Assembly (NCBI GenBank): GCA_019347675.1
Contig: JAHWKW010000004.1
Coordinates: 104,123-168,122, forward strand
Origin: Actinomycetota bacterium
Lineage (GTDB): Bacteria > Actinomycetota > Nitriliruptoria > Nitriliruptorales > JAHWKO01
Direction of reading: 5' to 3'
DNA length: 64,000 nt
The position numbers and the translations under genes were made by a program. Each line of letters starts with the position of its first letter. The stretch's first letter is position 1. Below are positions 1-9,562 of this stretch, in pieces. Below the pieces are notes generated by a model. It was not told where the DNA came from, made no database searches, and saw nothing but the letters and a program-made list of their open reading frames with translations.

Positions 1-2065
1 CGTGCGCGACGGGGCCCGGATCGGGGAAGCCACGCACCGGCAGCTCCCGGACGGCCAGCGCCATGTAGTCGGCCCACATGTGCGCCGGGATGCTGCCCCC
101 CGTGACGCGGCGCCACGTTGTCCCGGCCGCCTCGACGCTGAGCATCCGACCACAACCCACCCTCTGTCCCGGCGGGCAGGTCGGCAGTTCGTAGCCCACC
201 CACGCCGCGGTCGCGTACTGCGGGACGAAGCCCACGAACCACGCGTCGCGCCAGTCGCTGGTCGTGCCGGTCTTGCCTGCCACGGGGCGGCCCAGGGTGC
301 GCCCCACCACCGGTGCGGTCCCGGCCGAGCTCGGCGGGCCCTGCAGGATGTCGGTCAGACGCTGGGCGACGCTGGGATCGATGGCCTGCTCGCAGTCGGG
401 CTCGTGCTCGTAGATCGCCGCGCCGTCCCGGTCCTCGACCCGGGCGATCACATACGGGCGGCAGCGGACGCCGTCGTTGGCGATCGTGGCATAGGCGGCT
501 GCCATCTCCAGCGGGTAGACGTTGGCCGTGCCCAGCGCGATCGAGCACGAGTTGTCGCCGAACTGGTCGAGGTTCGGGGAGTGTTCGATCCCCACACGCC
601 GTGCCATGTCGCGCACCTGCGAGACGCCGACCGCCCTGGCGAGCTTGACGAAGTAGACGTTCACCGACGCCTGGGTCGCCGAGTACATGTCGCGCGGGCC
701 ACGATCGCTGCGCGAGTAGTTGTGCGGCGCGTACGGCTCGCGCTCGGTCCCGCAACCGGGGACCGGCTCGCCCGACTCGGTGGTCGTCTCCCACCCGGGC
801 GGGGCACCCTGCGACAGCGCTGCCGCCGCGACGAACGGCTTGAACGCCGATCCGGGTTGGCGGCCCAGCCGGCCGCCGCCGCCGGGCACCAGCGGGTAGA
901 CCTTGGTGACCTCGCACACCCGCTGCTCGGGTGGGCAGTCACCGAACCGTTTCGGGCCCACCGCCATCGCACGGATCGCCCCGTCGGAGGGCTCGATCGT
1001 GACCACACCGCCCAGGGGATCGGAGATCGGGTCGGTCAGCCATGCGTCGAGCGTGTTGTCGGCGTGGCGGTCCAGGACCGGGTCGAGGGTCGTCACCAGC
1101 GTCACGCCGCCCTCCAGCACCCGTCGCAGTCGCTCCTCGGGGTCCGCGCCCAGCGCGGCCTGCAGCTTCGGCTGCAGGTCGATGGCCGGGTCGTAGGCGA
1201 CGCGCTTGACCCACTCGACGAAGAAGGGCTCGACGGGCCCGGGCTCCTGGCGGATCGTCAGCTGCAGCTCGCGGGTGCGGGTCTCTCGGCCCTGCTCGGC
1301 GGTGATGAACCCGTTGGCGACCATCTGTGACAGCACGATGTCGCGCCGGGTGCGGGCCGCATCGGGTTGGCGCAGCGGGTTGTACCGCTCCGGTCCGCGG
1401 AGCAGGCCGGCCAGCAGCGCCGACTCCACCAGGCCGAGGTCGGAGATCTGCTTGGAGAAGTAGAAGCCGGCGGCGGTCCCGATGCCGTACACACCGTTCC
1501 CGAAGTACGCCGTGTTCAGGTACCGCTCGAGGATGTCGTCCTTGGTCAGCTGCCGTTCGAGCTGCACCGCCCACACCGCCTCGGTGATCTTGCGTTCGAG
1601 CGTCTGCTCGCGGCTGAGCAGGATGGCGCGGACGTACTGCTGGGTGATGGTGGAGGCCCCCTCCTCGATCTCGCCGGCGCGGTAGTTGGTGATCGCCGCT
1701 CGGACGATCGCCCGGTGATCGACACCGCGATGCTCGTAGAAGCTGGCGTCCTCGGTGGCGATCACGGCCTGGCGGGTGATCGCGGGGATGTCGGACAGCC
1801 CGACCCGCACCCGGTGGACCGGCCCGTGCAGCTCGGCGAGGAAGGTGCCGTCGGCCGCGACCATGTACGAGGTCAGCGCCAGCGGTGGGTGGTCTCCAGG
1901 CGGCGGCAGCGGCGGGACGTCGAGGATCGTCTCGTCGACCAGCGCCACGGCGCGGTCGGCGAAGAGGGGGACCGGGAGCAGGATGGTCGAGACCAGCAGC
2001 GCGCTGGCCGCCAGGACCGCGGTCAACTGCAGCAGCCGGACCGCGATCCGCGCTGCACGTGTCAA
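1..2065 (-). CDS. Class A penicillin-binding protein (glycosyltransferase + transpeptidase); 3' end runs off the left edge
   Basis: Absent from the ORF track because its stop lies left of position 1. Hand translation of the minus strand from TTG at 2065 (in-frame TGA eight codons upstream) gives a TM helix (RIAVRLLQLTAVLAASALLVSTILL). It also gives GT51 motifs EDASFYEHRGVD and GASTITQQ (complement of ~1641-1664), then transpeptidase SAFKP (~836-850) and KTGTT (~260-274). Plus-strand ORF 2..1330 is its antisense shadow. Confidence 0.85.
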   Translation of the reverse strand, partial: MTRAARIAVRLLQLTAVLAASALLVSTILLPVPLFADRAVALVDETILDVPPLPPPGDHPPLALTSYMVAADGTFLAELHGPVHRVRVGLSDIPAITRQAVIATEDASFYEHRGVDHRAIVRAAITNYRAGEIEEGASTITQQYVRAILLSREQTLERKITEAVWAVQLERQLTKDDILERYLNTAYFGNGVYGIGTAAGFYFSKQISDLGLVESALLAGLLRGPERYNPLRQPDAARTRRDIVLSQMVANGFITAEQGRETRTRELQLTIRQEPGPVEPFFVEWVKRVAYDPAIDLQPKLQAALGADPEERLRRVLEGGVTLVTTLDPVLDRHADNTLDAWLTDPISDPLGGVVTIEPSDGAIRAMAVGPKRFGDCPPEQRVCEVTKVYPLVPGGGGRLGRQPGSAFKPFVAAAALSQGAPPGWETTTESGEPVPGCGTEREPYAPHNYSRSDRGPRDMYSATQASVNVYFVKLARAVGVSQVRDMARRVGIEHSPNLDQFGDNSCSIALGTANVYPLEMAAAYATIANDGVRCRPYVIARVEDRDGAAIYEHEPDCEQAIDPSVAQRLTDILQGPPSSAGTAPVVGRTLGRPVAGKTGTTSDWRDAWFVGFVPQYATAAWVGYELPTCPPGQRVGCGRMLSVEAAGTTWRRVTGGSIPAHMWADYMALAVRELPVRGFPDPGPVAH

Positions 2066-2118
2066 GTCGCGACCCTCACGCTGTCTTCACTCAGCGTGGG
2101 GTCATCTAGACGTAGCGT

Positions 2119-3111
2119 TCAGTGCGCCGGCCCGCCCGTTCGGGCAGTCATGTCAGCGACGAACGCCACATCGGTCCAGCGCCGCGTGAAGCCCTCGTCG
2201 CGGTACAGGCCGACGCCGGCCTCGTTCGCCTGGTCGACCCACAGGATCGCCTCGCCGCAGCCGCGGTCCGCCAGGTGGGCCAGGCCGGCCCGCAGCAGTG
2301 CCCGGCCCAACCCCGAACCATGCACGTCGGGATGCACGGCCAGGTTGTAGACCTCCCCCCTGCCGTCCGGTCGCACCTTGGTCCAGTGCAGGCCGACCAG
2401 CTGACCCGAGGGATCCTCTGCGACCAGCAGGTCGCTCGGATCGAACCACGAGTATGCGGCTCGCTCGTCGAGGCGTTGACGATCCCACCCGGACTCGGCC
2501 GTCCCGGCGTAGGCCGCAGCGAGCACGTCGACGAGTTCGTCGTCGTCCTGGCCTGGGCGGAAGGCGCGCACCTCGACGCCGTCGGGGAGCTCCACGGGTC
2601 CGACACGATCGAGCGACCGACCCAGCACGGCCAAACGTCGGTCCACCGAGAGACCGGCGGTCTCCGCGCAGCGGCGGTCACCAGCGCGGGCGTGGCGGAC
2701 CCAGATCCGTAGCCGTGCCGCGCCGTGACGCGCGGCGACCCCGAGCGTCGCCTGCAGCAGCGCGACCGTCGCGTCGTCGCAGGCGGGCCGGTCGCGGTCC
2801 ACGGCGAGGTCACCGCCAGCGGCCCCGCCATCGTCGCCGGCAGCGTCATCAGCGGCGGGCACCACCACGCCGGCGTACCCGACGGCGCTGCCGTGCGCGC
2901 GCGCCAGCATCGGGATCCAGCGCCGCGGCTGGTCACCTGTCTCCGCCAGCGCCTGCAGGCGGGCACGTTCGGACTCGTCGATCAGCGGGGCATCGACGCG
3001 CGCCTCGAGCGTCTCGATCAGGCGCAACGCCGTCGGGCTGTCGGCGGCGTCGACCAGGTCGACGGTCACGTCGCCGCGGGTGGCCAACCGCTCTTCCGCG
3101 TCCCCGCGCAC
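2119..3111 (-). CDS. mshD: Mycothiol synthase (tandem GNAT acetyltransferase)
   Basis: 330-aa ORF with two GNAT halves. The C-terminal block LVGLHWTKVRPDGRGEVYNLAVHPDVHGSGLGRALL matches the MshD signature (GFHWTKVHPD...GEVYVLGVDP in the mycobacterial enzyme, from memory). GTG start. Confidence 0.7.
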   Translation of the reverse strand: MRGDAEERLATRGDVTVDLVDAADSPTALRLIETLEARVDAPLIDESERARLQALAETGDQPRRWIPMLARAHGSAVGYAGVVVPAADDAAGDDGGAAGGDLAVDRDRPACDDATVALLQATLGVAARHGAARLRIWVRHARAGDRRCAETAGLSVDRRLAVLGRSLDRVGPVELPDGVEVRAFRPGQDDDELVDVLAAAYAGTAESGWDRQRLDERAAYSWFDPSDLLVAEDPSGQLVGLHWTKVRPDGRGEVYNLAVHPDVHGSGLGRALLRAGLAHLADRGCGEAILWVDQANEAGVGLYRDEGFTRRWTDVAFVADMTARTGGPAH

Positions 3112-3302
3112 CCGCCCTCCTCGGCACGCTTCCGGTCGACCTCGTCGCTCGCAGCACCACCCGTCGCCAGGCTAACGGTGCTGGACGGCGTCCTTCGGCG
3201 CCTCGGCGCAGATGGGGTGCGGGGAAGGTCGGCGGCCGGCGAGTGGTTGGCAGGGGTGGTCGCCGCCGGTAGCATCGGCGCGCTGCGGTGGCGCCGCCGA
3301 GC

Positions 3303-3375
3303 GGGCCGCTAGCTCAACTGGCAGAGCAACGGACTTTTAATCCGCTGGTTGCAGGTTCGAGTCCTGCGCGGCCCA
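3303..3375 (+). tRNA. tRNA-Lys (anticodon TTT)
   Basis: 73-nt cloverleaf folded by hand: acceptor gggccgc/gcggccc, anticodon loop cttttaa, T arm gcagg-ttcgagt-cctgc, discriminator A. Confidence 0.9.
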
Positions 3376-3394
3376 CCGCGTACGTGATGCACCG

Positions 3395-3469
3395 GGAGCT
3401 GTGGAGCAGTTTGGAGTGCTCGTCACCCTGTCAAGGTGAAGGTCGCGGGTTCAAATCCCGTCAGCTCCG
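3395..3469 (+). tRNA. tRNA-Asp (anticodon GTC)
   Basis: Acceptor ggagctg/cagctcc, anticodon stem tcacc/ggtga with loop ctgtcaa, T arm gcggg-ttcaaat-cccgt. Confidence 0.9.
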
Positions 3470-3504
3470 CTCAGAACGGCCGTGATCGGCGGTTCTGCAA
3501 CCCG

Positions 3505-3580
3505 GGTCGGGTAGCTCAGTAGGTAGAGCACGCGACTGAAAATCGCGGTGTCGGCAGTTCGATTCTGCCCCCGACCACCA
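3505..3580 (+). tRNA. tRNA-Phe (anticodon GAA), encoded CCA
   Basis: Acceptor ggtcggg/cccgacc, anticodon stem cgcga/tcgcg with loop ctgaaaa, T arm ggcag-ttcgatt-ctgcc, discriminator A, then CCA. Confidence 0.9.
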
Positions 3581-3583
3581 CTC
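3535..3583 (+). repeat. attL-like copy (3' part of tRNA-Phe)
   Basis: actgaaaatcgcggtgtcggcagttcgattctgcccccgaccaccactc; repeated at 7594-7642. Confidence 0.7.
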
Positions 3584-3639
3584 AAACAGCCGCTAACGAC
3601 GCCGACGGGCTGTCCCCTTCAGGGGTCCCCCGTGCGGGC

Positions 3640-4056
3640 CAAGAAGCACCGCCCCCGTCGCCAGCGCGAACAGCAGCCGGTCCTCGAGCGGGCTCAGGCG
3701 AGGAACGCGCTCAACGAGCTCCGAGGCTGGCAGCGCGATACCCACTGCTGCAGCTCAGCCTCGGCGTGCGCTTCGGCGACATCGCCGGACTGACACCGCA
3801 GGACGTGGACCTCTCCCGCGGGGTGGTTCACATCCGTCGCTGCTATTCGGCCCACAGCAACACCATCCGCGCGACCAAGAACCACCGGCGCCGCACCCTC
3901 GAGCTCCCCCGGCTCGTCCGCCCGACCTTGGAGCGACTCACGCTCGCCGCCTGTGACCCTGCCCCGCTGCCTGACCTCGCTGACAGCGAGCTGGACGCGA
4001 GCCCCTTCATCAAGCGCTGGCTCACCAGACCAGCACCGGCCGGCCACCCTCCCTGA
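3640..4056 (+). pseudogene. Tyrosine recombinase remnant (truncated and frameshifted)
   Basis: Frame 2 reads PVLERAQARNALNELRGWQR. Frame 1 continues RYPLLQLSLGVRFGDIAGLTPQDVDLSRGVVHIRR...ATKNHRRRTLELP, the catalytic-domain R and K region. The ORF stops at 4056 before the HxxR and Tyr motifs, and no N-terminal SAM-like domain is present. Confidence 0.6.
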
Positions 4057-4088
4057 CGTCGTTCAATCGGGCGACCGTTCGGCCGGAG

Positions 4089-5285
4089 GTGTGCGGACCA
4101 CCCGACGCCCCCCGCGTGACGGCGACGCCCGCCACGTCGCGGCGGGTCCGTGACCCGCGGCAGCTGCGCCTGTTCGACCCGTTCCGGCCGATCCCCCACG
4201 CCAACTTCCCCTCGTGCTCGACCTGGCGGCGGACCACGCGGCCCACGGTTGGAGCCCGGCCACCACCAAGAAGGTCCGTCGAGCGATCAACGAGGTTCTC
4301 GCGGACCTGCCCGCAGGCCGCACCATCCATGCCAGCCAGGTCACCGCGGCGCTCAACGCCAGCGACCTCCCGGCCGGGCACACCTTGCGCATGCTCGACC
4401 AGGTCGCGCCGCTCGAGGACGACCGCACCCCGGCCCTGGTCGCGTGGTTCGACCGGCAGATCGCGGGGCTGCCTGCCCGCATGGCTGACGAGCTGCGGTT
4501 GTGGTTCACCGTGCTGCACCAGGGCCACACCACCCCGCCATGCACCCGGCCGCGTTCGCCGACCACGATCAAGACCCGCCTCCGCTGGGCCATGCCGACC
4601 CTGCGCGGCTGGGCCGCCGCCGGCCACACGTCGCTGCGCGAGATCAGCCGCGCCGACATCGCCGCCGCCCTGCCGCCCTCGGGCAACCCCCGCGCCACCC
4701 TGGGGGTGGCGCTGCGGTCGATCTTCGCGACCCTCAAGGCTCACAAGGTGATCTTCACCAACCCGGTCACCCGCACCGACATCGGCCAGTTCGAACGACG
4801 CCAGCCCCTGCCGGCCGACCTCGACCAGATCCGCGACGCGCTCGGCTCCGCCGACCCTGCCCGCGCCGCGATCGCCGCGCTCGTGGCCTTCCATGGGCTG
4901 CGCTCCGCCGAGCTGTGCCGACTGCACCTGACCGACAGCCTCGACCGGCGGCTGCACCTCGACCAACGAACCATCCCGCTCGCCGCCCCGGTCACCGTGC
5001 GCGTGGCGGCCTACCTCGATCACCGCAACCGCCGCTGGCCCAACACCGCAAACCCGCACCTGTTCGTCACGTCCCGCTCCGCGCTGGGCACCGGCCCCGC
5101 CGGCCCAACTGGATCTGGCGCACCCTGGGCATGTCCCCCATGCGCTGCGCCAGGAGCGCATCCTCGACGTGGCCGTCGCTACCCGCGGCGACGTGCGCCG
5201 GCTCGCCGACCTGTTCAACGTCACCATGCGCACCGCCAGCCGCTACGCCGACGTCGCCATCGACCATCCCGACCTCAGCGGATAG
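4089..5285 (+). pseudogene. Tyrosine recombinase/integrase with at least two frame breaks
   Basis: Three frames together read as one protein: QLRLFDPFRPIPHANFP (frame 0), then LVLDLAADHAAHGWSP...LVAFHGLRSAELCRLHLTD...NPHLFVTSRSALGTGP (frame 2, ORF 4214..), then HALRQERILDVAVATRGDVRRLADLFNVTMRTASRYADV stop at 5285 (frame 0). The breaks fall at a C4 run (~4208-4211) and in ggccccgccggccc (~5090-5107). Confidence 0.7.
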
Positions 5286-5318
5286 AAACCACTCCGACCA
5301 TCGGGAAGGACTCAACAC

Positions 5319-5711
5319 TTGCCGTGGTGGTCCTGGCTGCTCATCGCGGTCTCGGCTGTCGGCGCCATGCTCGCGGTGGCTGCACGCGCCGCCAGCCGAG
5401 ACCAAGACGCCCTGCGGAAACTGCTCCGGCTGGTGCCCGACTGCCTGGCGCTCTTCCGTGACCTCCTGCGCGACCCTGACACTCCGCGCCGCGCCAAGCT
5501 CGTCGCCGGCGCCACCGTCGCCTACCTCGCCCTGCCCATCGACCTCATCCCCGACTTCATCCCTGGGCTCGGTCACCTCGACGACGTTCTCATCGTGGCC
5601 TGGGCCATCCGCCACATCATCGCCACCGCCGGACGCGACCGGGTCGCCGCCCACTGGCAGGGCGACCCCGCCACCCTCGAGCGGATCCTGCGGCTCGCTC
5701 ACGTCACGTGA
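5319..5711 (+). CDS. DUF1232 (YkvA-like) membrane protein
   Basis: 130 aa; signature AYLALPIDLIPDFIPGLGHLDDVLIVAWAI. Confidence 0.7.
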   Translation: MPWWSWLLIAVSAVGAMLAVAARAASRDQDALRKLLRLVPDCLALFRDLLRDPDTPRRAKLVAGATVAYLALPIDLIPDFIPGLGHLDDVLIVAWAIRHIIATAGRDRVAAHWQGDPATLERILRLAHVT

Positions 5712-5917
5712 CAACCGTTCGCCGGCCACAGTTCCTGAATCCAAGGTCGCGCCACTCATCATGGGCCACCCCCCGACCCCTGAGTTCCCGCCCGTGAACC
5801 CTTCAGAAATCCCGAACCGCTCGCTTTCGCGGATGAATGCCTCGAACGCCGCGCGCGGTCCATCCTGGCCATCGGACCGTTCGCACGACCCGGCCGCCGA
5901 GCGCTTCAGCGCGCTCC

Positions 5918-6607
5918 TCATGTGGCAGGGTCGTCTATGTCGCTGGGGCGTGTGGTGAAGGGTAGGTCGCCCGGTTCTCGGACGTGGATGCCGAAGCGTA
6001 TGAGATCTTCGAGCAGCTGCGTGTCGTCGTGCAGGGTGCTGGCCGTGTGGGGCCAGCTCTGCCCGAAGGTGGGAGGGTGCTCGCTCTGGTGGTCGAACAG
6101 CGTGTGACCGCGAAGCTGTCCTGACGGGTCGTGCTGGATCCCGCCGTAGAGGGCCCACCAGCCGTCACGTCGGAACGCGGCCGCCCACGCCTGCGACCTC
6201 GACCGGTCGGTGCCGGCCCACAGGGCAGCCGTCACCCCGTAGCGCCCCGCCGCGACCTGCGCCGTCAGCTTCGCGGCGGCGGGGGCGTCGGGTGGCGTGG
6301 CGATCGTCGCCAGCCGGCGCACGCGCAGCTCCTGCGTTGGGAGGTTGGTGAGTAGGGCCTGCAGCGCCTCGAGGACGGCTCCGACGGGGCGGGTCGCCGT
6401 GTAGCAGGCCCCCATCGGCTCGGGCAGGTCGTAGCGTCCCCCCTCGTCGGGCTCATCGGGGAGGCTGGCGAACCACCAGGGGCTGTCGCGGATCGTGGCG
6501 TCGGAGAGCCGGTAGCGCCACACGCGGTAGACGGTGCGGCTGCGTGTCGGTTCGGCGGGGAAGCGCGCCAGGCTGCCGGCTTGCTGTGATGGCCAGCCCA
6601 GCCGCAT
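5918..6607 (-). CDS. RES-domain toxin (NAD+-targeting family)
   Basis: The longer ORF 5918..6742 contains an internal ATG at 6607 that overlaps the upstream gene's TGA by 1 nt (TGATG). The product has GGRYDLPEPMGACYTATRPVGAVLEAL and later R/S blocks typical of RES domains, and is paired with an Xre/ParS-type antitoxin. Confidence 0.75.
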   Translation of the reverse strand: MRLGWPSQQAGSLARFPAEPTRSRTVYRVWRYRLSDATIRDSPWWFASLPDEPDEGGRYDLPEPMGACYTATRPVGAVLEALQALLTNLPTQELRVRRLATIATPPDAPAAAKLTAQVAAGRYGVTAALWAGTDRSRSQAWAAAFRRDGWWALYGGIQHDPSGQLRGHTLFDHQSEHPPTFGQSWPHTASTLHDDTQLLEDLIRFGIHVREPGDLPFTTRPSDIDDPAT

Positions 6608-7062
6608 CAGGCAGCCAGGGTCCGCGCCACCCGCCGGGACGCGGCCAACACCTCCTCGATCCGGCCCGCGCGCAGCTGGTCCAGCGGCCGGGCGCCGTCC
6701 CACGACGGCTGTGGCGAGCTCAGCCAGGACGCGATCGTCCACGACGTCGCAACCGATGGCGTCAGGGTTTCGACGACCTCTCGGACCCCGGGAAGGACCC
6801 GCCGACCGTCGAACTGGAACACCGGGTAGCCGACCTGGCCGCTGCGCAGCTCGAGCTTCAGCAGCCCTTGGTCCGCCGACACCGCCTGCTTGGACTTGCC
6901 GAGCAGGTCAGCGACGTCGCGCTGTCGGTAGACCGGCCCCAGCTGCTCCGCCCAGGCCCGGTCGTCGGCGTCCTGGGCGAGCAGCCGATCGACCTGCCGC
7001 CGGGTCTCTTCGGAGGCGTCCTGGTATCGCTGGAGCAGTGCCGGCATCCGCATTGCGTTCAC
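6607..7062 (-). CDS. Xre/ParS/MbcA-type antitoxin (HTH + toxin-binding domain)
   Basis: 151 aa. HTH-like VADLLGKSKQAVSADQ; C-terminal WTIASWLSSPQPSWDGARPLDQLRAGRIEEVL resembles the DUF2384 toxin-binding domain. Lies directly upstream of the RES gene and is translationally coupled to it. Confidence 0.7.
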   Translation of the reverse strand: MNAMRMPALLQRYQDASEETRRQVDRLLAQDADDRAWAEQLGPVYRQRDVADLLGKSKQAVSADQGLLKLELRSGQVGYPVFQFDGRRVLPGVREVVETLTPSVATSWTIASWLSSPQPSWDGARPLDQLRAGRIEEVLAASRRVARTLAA

Positions 7063-7593
7063 CTCGTCAACGTCAAGACATTCTGCCGCATTGACATTGT
7101 TGATGCAATGGCGGGACCGATCCGGCCGACGCCGCGCTGGCCGCGGGGTGATGCTCGGGTGATACTGGCGCCTATGCCGTGTGCCACATTCACCACCACG
7201 TTCCGTGACACACCGTCGACCTTCGCGCGTCGAAGATCTGCGGTTCAGCCCGCACTCGCGTCCGTCGCGTTGGATCCGTCGCAGGGATAACTGGCGCCAT
7301 GGGGAAGAGAACGACTCCGATCAGGGAGACGAGCGGATGTGGCGAGGGTTATCTGGCGGGTTACCGCGCCCACGCTGTCATGCTTTCGAGTATCCAGAAG
7401 CCCACGCTGAGTCCGAGCACAGCGGCCAAGGCCCCGACCATCCGCCCGTAGCCGGGTCGGCGGATGCGAAAGCAGCCGTCCAGAAACGCCTTGTCACGCT
7501 TGTCGCGTGCCCAATCGTGCCCACCGCAAGGGGACTGGAGCTTTGAAAACGCCGTAGGTTGCCAGCTTTTTCCCTAGTCGAGTGTGGGGTGCA

Positions 7594-7642
7594 ACTGAAA
7601 ATCACCGTGTCGGCAGTTCGATTCCGCCCCCGACCACCACTC
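7594..7642 (+). repeat. attR-like copy (orphan 3' tRNA-Phe fragment)
   Basis: actgaaaatcaccgtgtcggcagttcgattccgcccccgaccaccactc. No matching 5' tRNA half upstream, and the T stem has a mismatch, so it is not a functional tRNA. Confidence 0.7.
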
Positions 7643-8158
7643 CACCGGCTATCGCCGCGGCGTCTCGGACACGGTTCGGATACGGGTCTCGTCGGTCAGG
7701 ATCCACCGAGAGCATCGTCGGCGTGCTCGGCGGATCAGCGGAAGCGCCTCGTTGCTCGCCACGGACAGCTGCAGCAGCATCTGGAGTGATGCCCACCCGC
7801 CCGAGCGAGCGGTCGGCGACCCCGGCGTCGAGCTTGGCGTTCGGCGGCCTCGAGCGCGCCGGCTTTCCTCCTCCGCCGCTTCCAGAGATCCCGTCCGGGC
7901 GCCATCCTCCGGTGTTGCCCTGCCCCAGATCCCCCCTTGGGATTCGGTCGGTGGCGGTTCCGCCGTGCGGTGGCGCCGACGCCGACGTCATCCGAGAACT
8001 TGTGCGGGTGCGCGACGGCCGCCATTGACAGTCGGCGGGTGTGATGCTGCGATCGCCCCGACCGTGGGGCCCCGACGAGCACGGTGGAGTGGTTCACTCG
8101 CCCGCAGCAAGTCTGGACAGTGCCCGGGGTCGCCACTCACCGAGGAACAGGAACGGGG

Positions 8159-8665
8159 ATGCCGAACACGCTGGACCAGACCTTCCGCGTCGACCAGCCG
8201 CGACCGAATGACCTGGTCGGTGAGCCGCTACTCCTCGCCGGGATGGGAGGCGGGTTCGAGGCCACAATCGACATCCGCGTCCGCGACGCCGAAGGCAGGG
8301 TCCTGGTCGAAACCCACACGATGAGCACGAACCTCACGTCTCCCTGGCAGGCGTCCATCGACCTGCCGAGCCCGCCGCCGACGACGCGAGGGGTGGTTGA
8401 GGTCGGTCCCAGCACCGGCGCGGATGAGCACCCGGGCGTGGTCTCCATACCGGTGTTCTTCGGCACGGCGATCACCCCAGGTTTCCGCAGCTTCTTTCAC
8501 TACACCGTCCAGCCCGGGGACACGTTGTCGGGGATCGCGGCCGATCAGGCGCCGCTCTACATCGGCAGCGGCTGGCAACCGATCTTCGAGGCCAACCGCC
8601 ACATCATCAGCGATCCGGATCTGATCCACCCCGGCATGATCCTGCGGCTGCCGTCGGACTTCTGA
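8159..8665 (+). CDS. Gmad2 Ig-like domain + C-terminal LysM protein
   Basis: In-frame ATG at 8159 inside ORF 8084..8665. Gmad2-like VDQPRPNDLVGEPLLLAGMGGGFEATIDIRVRDAEGRVL...SPWQASIDL; LysM YTVQPGDTLSGIAA...ISDPDLIHPGMILRLP. Confidence 0.65.
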   Translation: MPNTLDQTFRVDQPRPNDLVGEPLLLAGMGGGFEATIDIRVRDAEGRVLVETHTMSTNLTSPWQASIDLPSPPPTTRGVVEVGPSTGADEHPGVVSIPVFFGTAITPGFRSFFHYTVQPGDTLSGIAADQAPLYIGSGWQPIFEANRHIISDPDLIHPGMILRLPSDF

Positions 8666-8896
8666 CGAACGGCGTTGGGCGGGAGGGCGGAGCGCGAGTC
8701 ACCAGTGACAGCGCCGCGGCGATTTCGCCTCGCGGCGCTTTCACCGAAAGCCTCCCCATGGGCGTCCCGCCGTCATCCTCAGGTCGGACGGCGCCGCCTG
8801 CATCGGAGTGGGGCGCCGAGGACACTGAGGCTTGAGCTGGGGCCCGGCGTAACGCAGAGACCGGACGCAAGTGGAAAACGGGCGCCGGACTTGACA

Positions 8897-9562
8897 TCAG
8901 CGCTGGACCTCGCCGTAGCCCGCGTCGCGCGCTCGCGCGACTGCCGCGGCGCGGTCGGTCACGTGCAGCTTCGTGAAGATGTTCGAGACGTGGTTGCGGA
9001 CGGTCTTCTCTGACAGGAAGAGCCGCGAGGCGATTGCGGGGTTCGTGAGCCCGCGAGCGACCAGGTCGAGGACCTCACGTTCCCGCTGCGTCAGGAGGGG
9101 GAAGGCCTGTGGATCGGGCATCCGGCGCTCGTCCGTCCGGCGTCCGGCCGAAGAGAGAACCCGCCGTGCGATGGAACCGTCGAGTACGGCCTGGCCCGCA
9201 GACACCGCATGGATCGCCCCCGCGAGCTCCGCCCGGCCCGATTCTTTGAGGAGGTAGCCATGAGCGCCCGCCTCGAGTGCGGCGAAGACCGATCGGTCGT
9301 CTTCGAGCATGGTCAGGACGAGCACGGCGATGTGAGGCCACCCCGCGGTGATGCGTCTCGTCGCCTCGACGCCATTCATTCCCGGCATGTGGAGGTCCAT
9401 CAGCACGATGTCCGGCTGGAGCTCTTCTACCGCCGAGATGGCTTCTGTGCCGTCGGAGGCGCTGCCGACAACAACAACGTCCGGCAGCGACGCAAGGATC
9501 GCGGCCAGTCCTTCGCGGAAGAGCGCGTGGTCGTCGACCACCAGCACACGCCGGGGACTCAT
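8897..9562 (-). CDS. NarL/LuxR-family response regulator
   Basis: REC domain (VLVVDDHALFREGL, DIVLMDLHMPGMNG) plus LuxR HTH (LTQREREVLDLVARGLTNPAIASRLFLSEKTVRNHVSNIFTKL). ATGA overlap with the kinase stop. Confidence 0.9.
   Translation of the reverse strand: MSPRRVLVVDDHALFREGLAAILASLPDVVVVGSASDGTEAISAVEELQPDIVLMDLHMPGMNGVEATRRITAGWPHIAVLVLTMLEDDRSVFAALEAGAHGYLLKESGRAELAGAIHAVSAGQAVLDGSIARRVLSSAGRRTDERRMPDPQAFPLLTQREREVLDLVARGLTNPAIASRLFLSEKTVRNHVSNIFTKLHVTDRAAAVARARDAGYGEVQR

Larger units (their letters stand above)
3535..7642. mobile_element. Decayed integrative element / genomic islet inserted in tRNA-Phe
   Basis: Bounded by a 49-nt direct repeat (3535-3583 and 7594-7642, 3 mismatches) covering the tRNA-Phe anticodon loop to 3' end. 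Contains two broken tyrosine recombinase genes next to the tRNA, plus cargo (DUF1232 protein, RES-Xre TA). Confidence 0.65.

Noticed and set aside
2-1330. 442-aa plus-strand ORF at the left edge
   Set aside because: Antisense to the class A PBP, whose SxxK, KTGTT and GT51 motifs are read on the minus strand.
7560-7642. A possible second tRNA-Phe gene
   Set aside because: Only the anticodon loop to the 3' end is present. The upstream sequence cannot form acceptor or D arms, and the T stem has a mismatch. Interpreted instead as the attR copy of the islet.
7990-8158. A c-di-AMP (ydaO-type) riboswitch upstream of the LysM-domain genes (also 39232-39355)
   Set aside because: This class often precedes actinobacterial cell-wall and LysM genes, so I looked for its conserved blocks. 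I could not recognise them by eye, and a covariance-model scan would be needed to exclude it formally.
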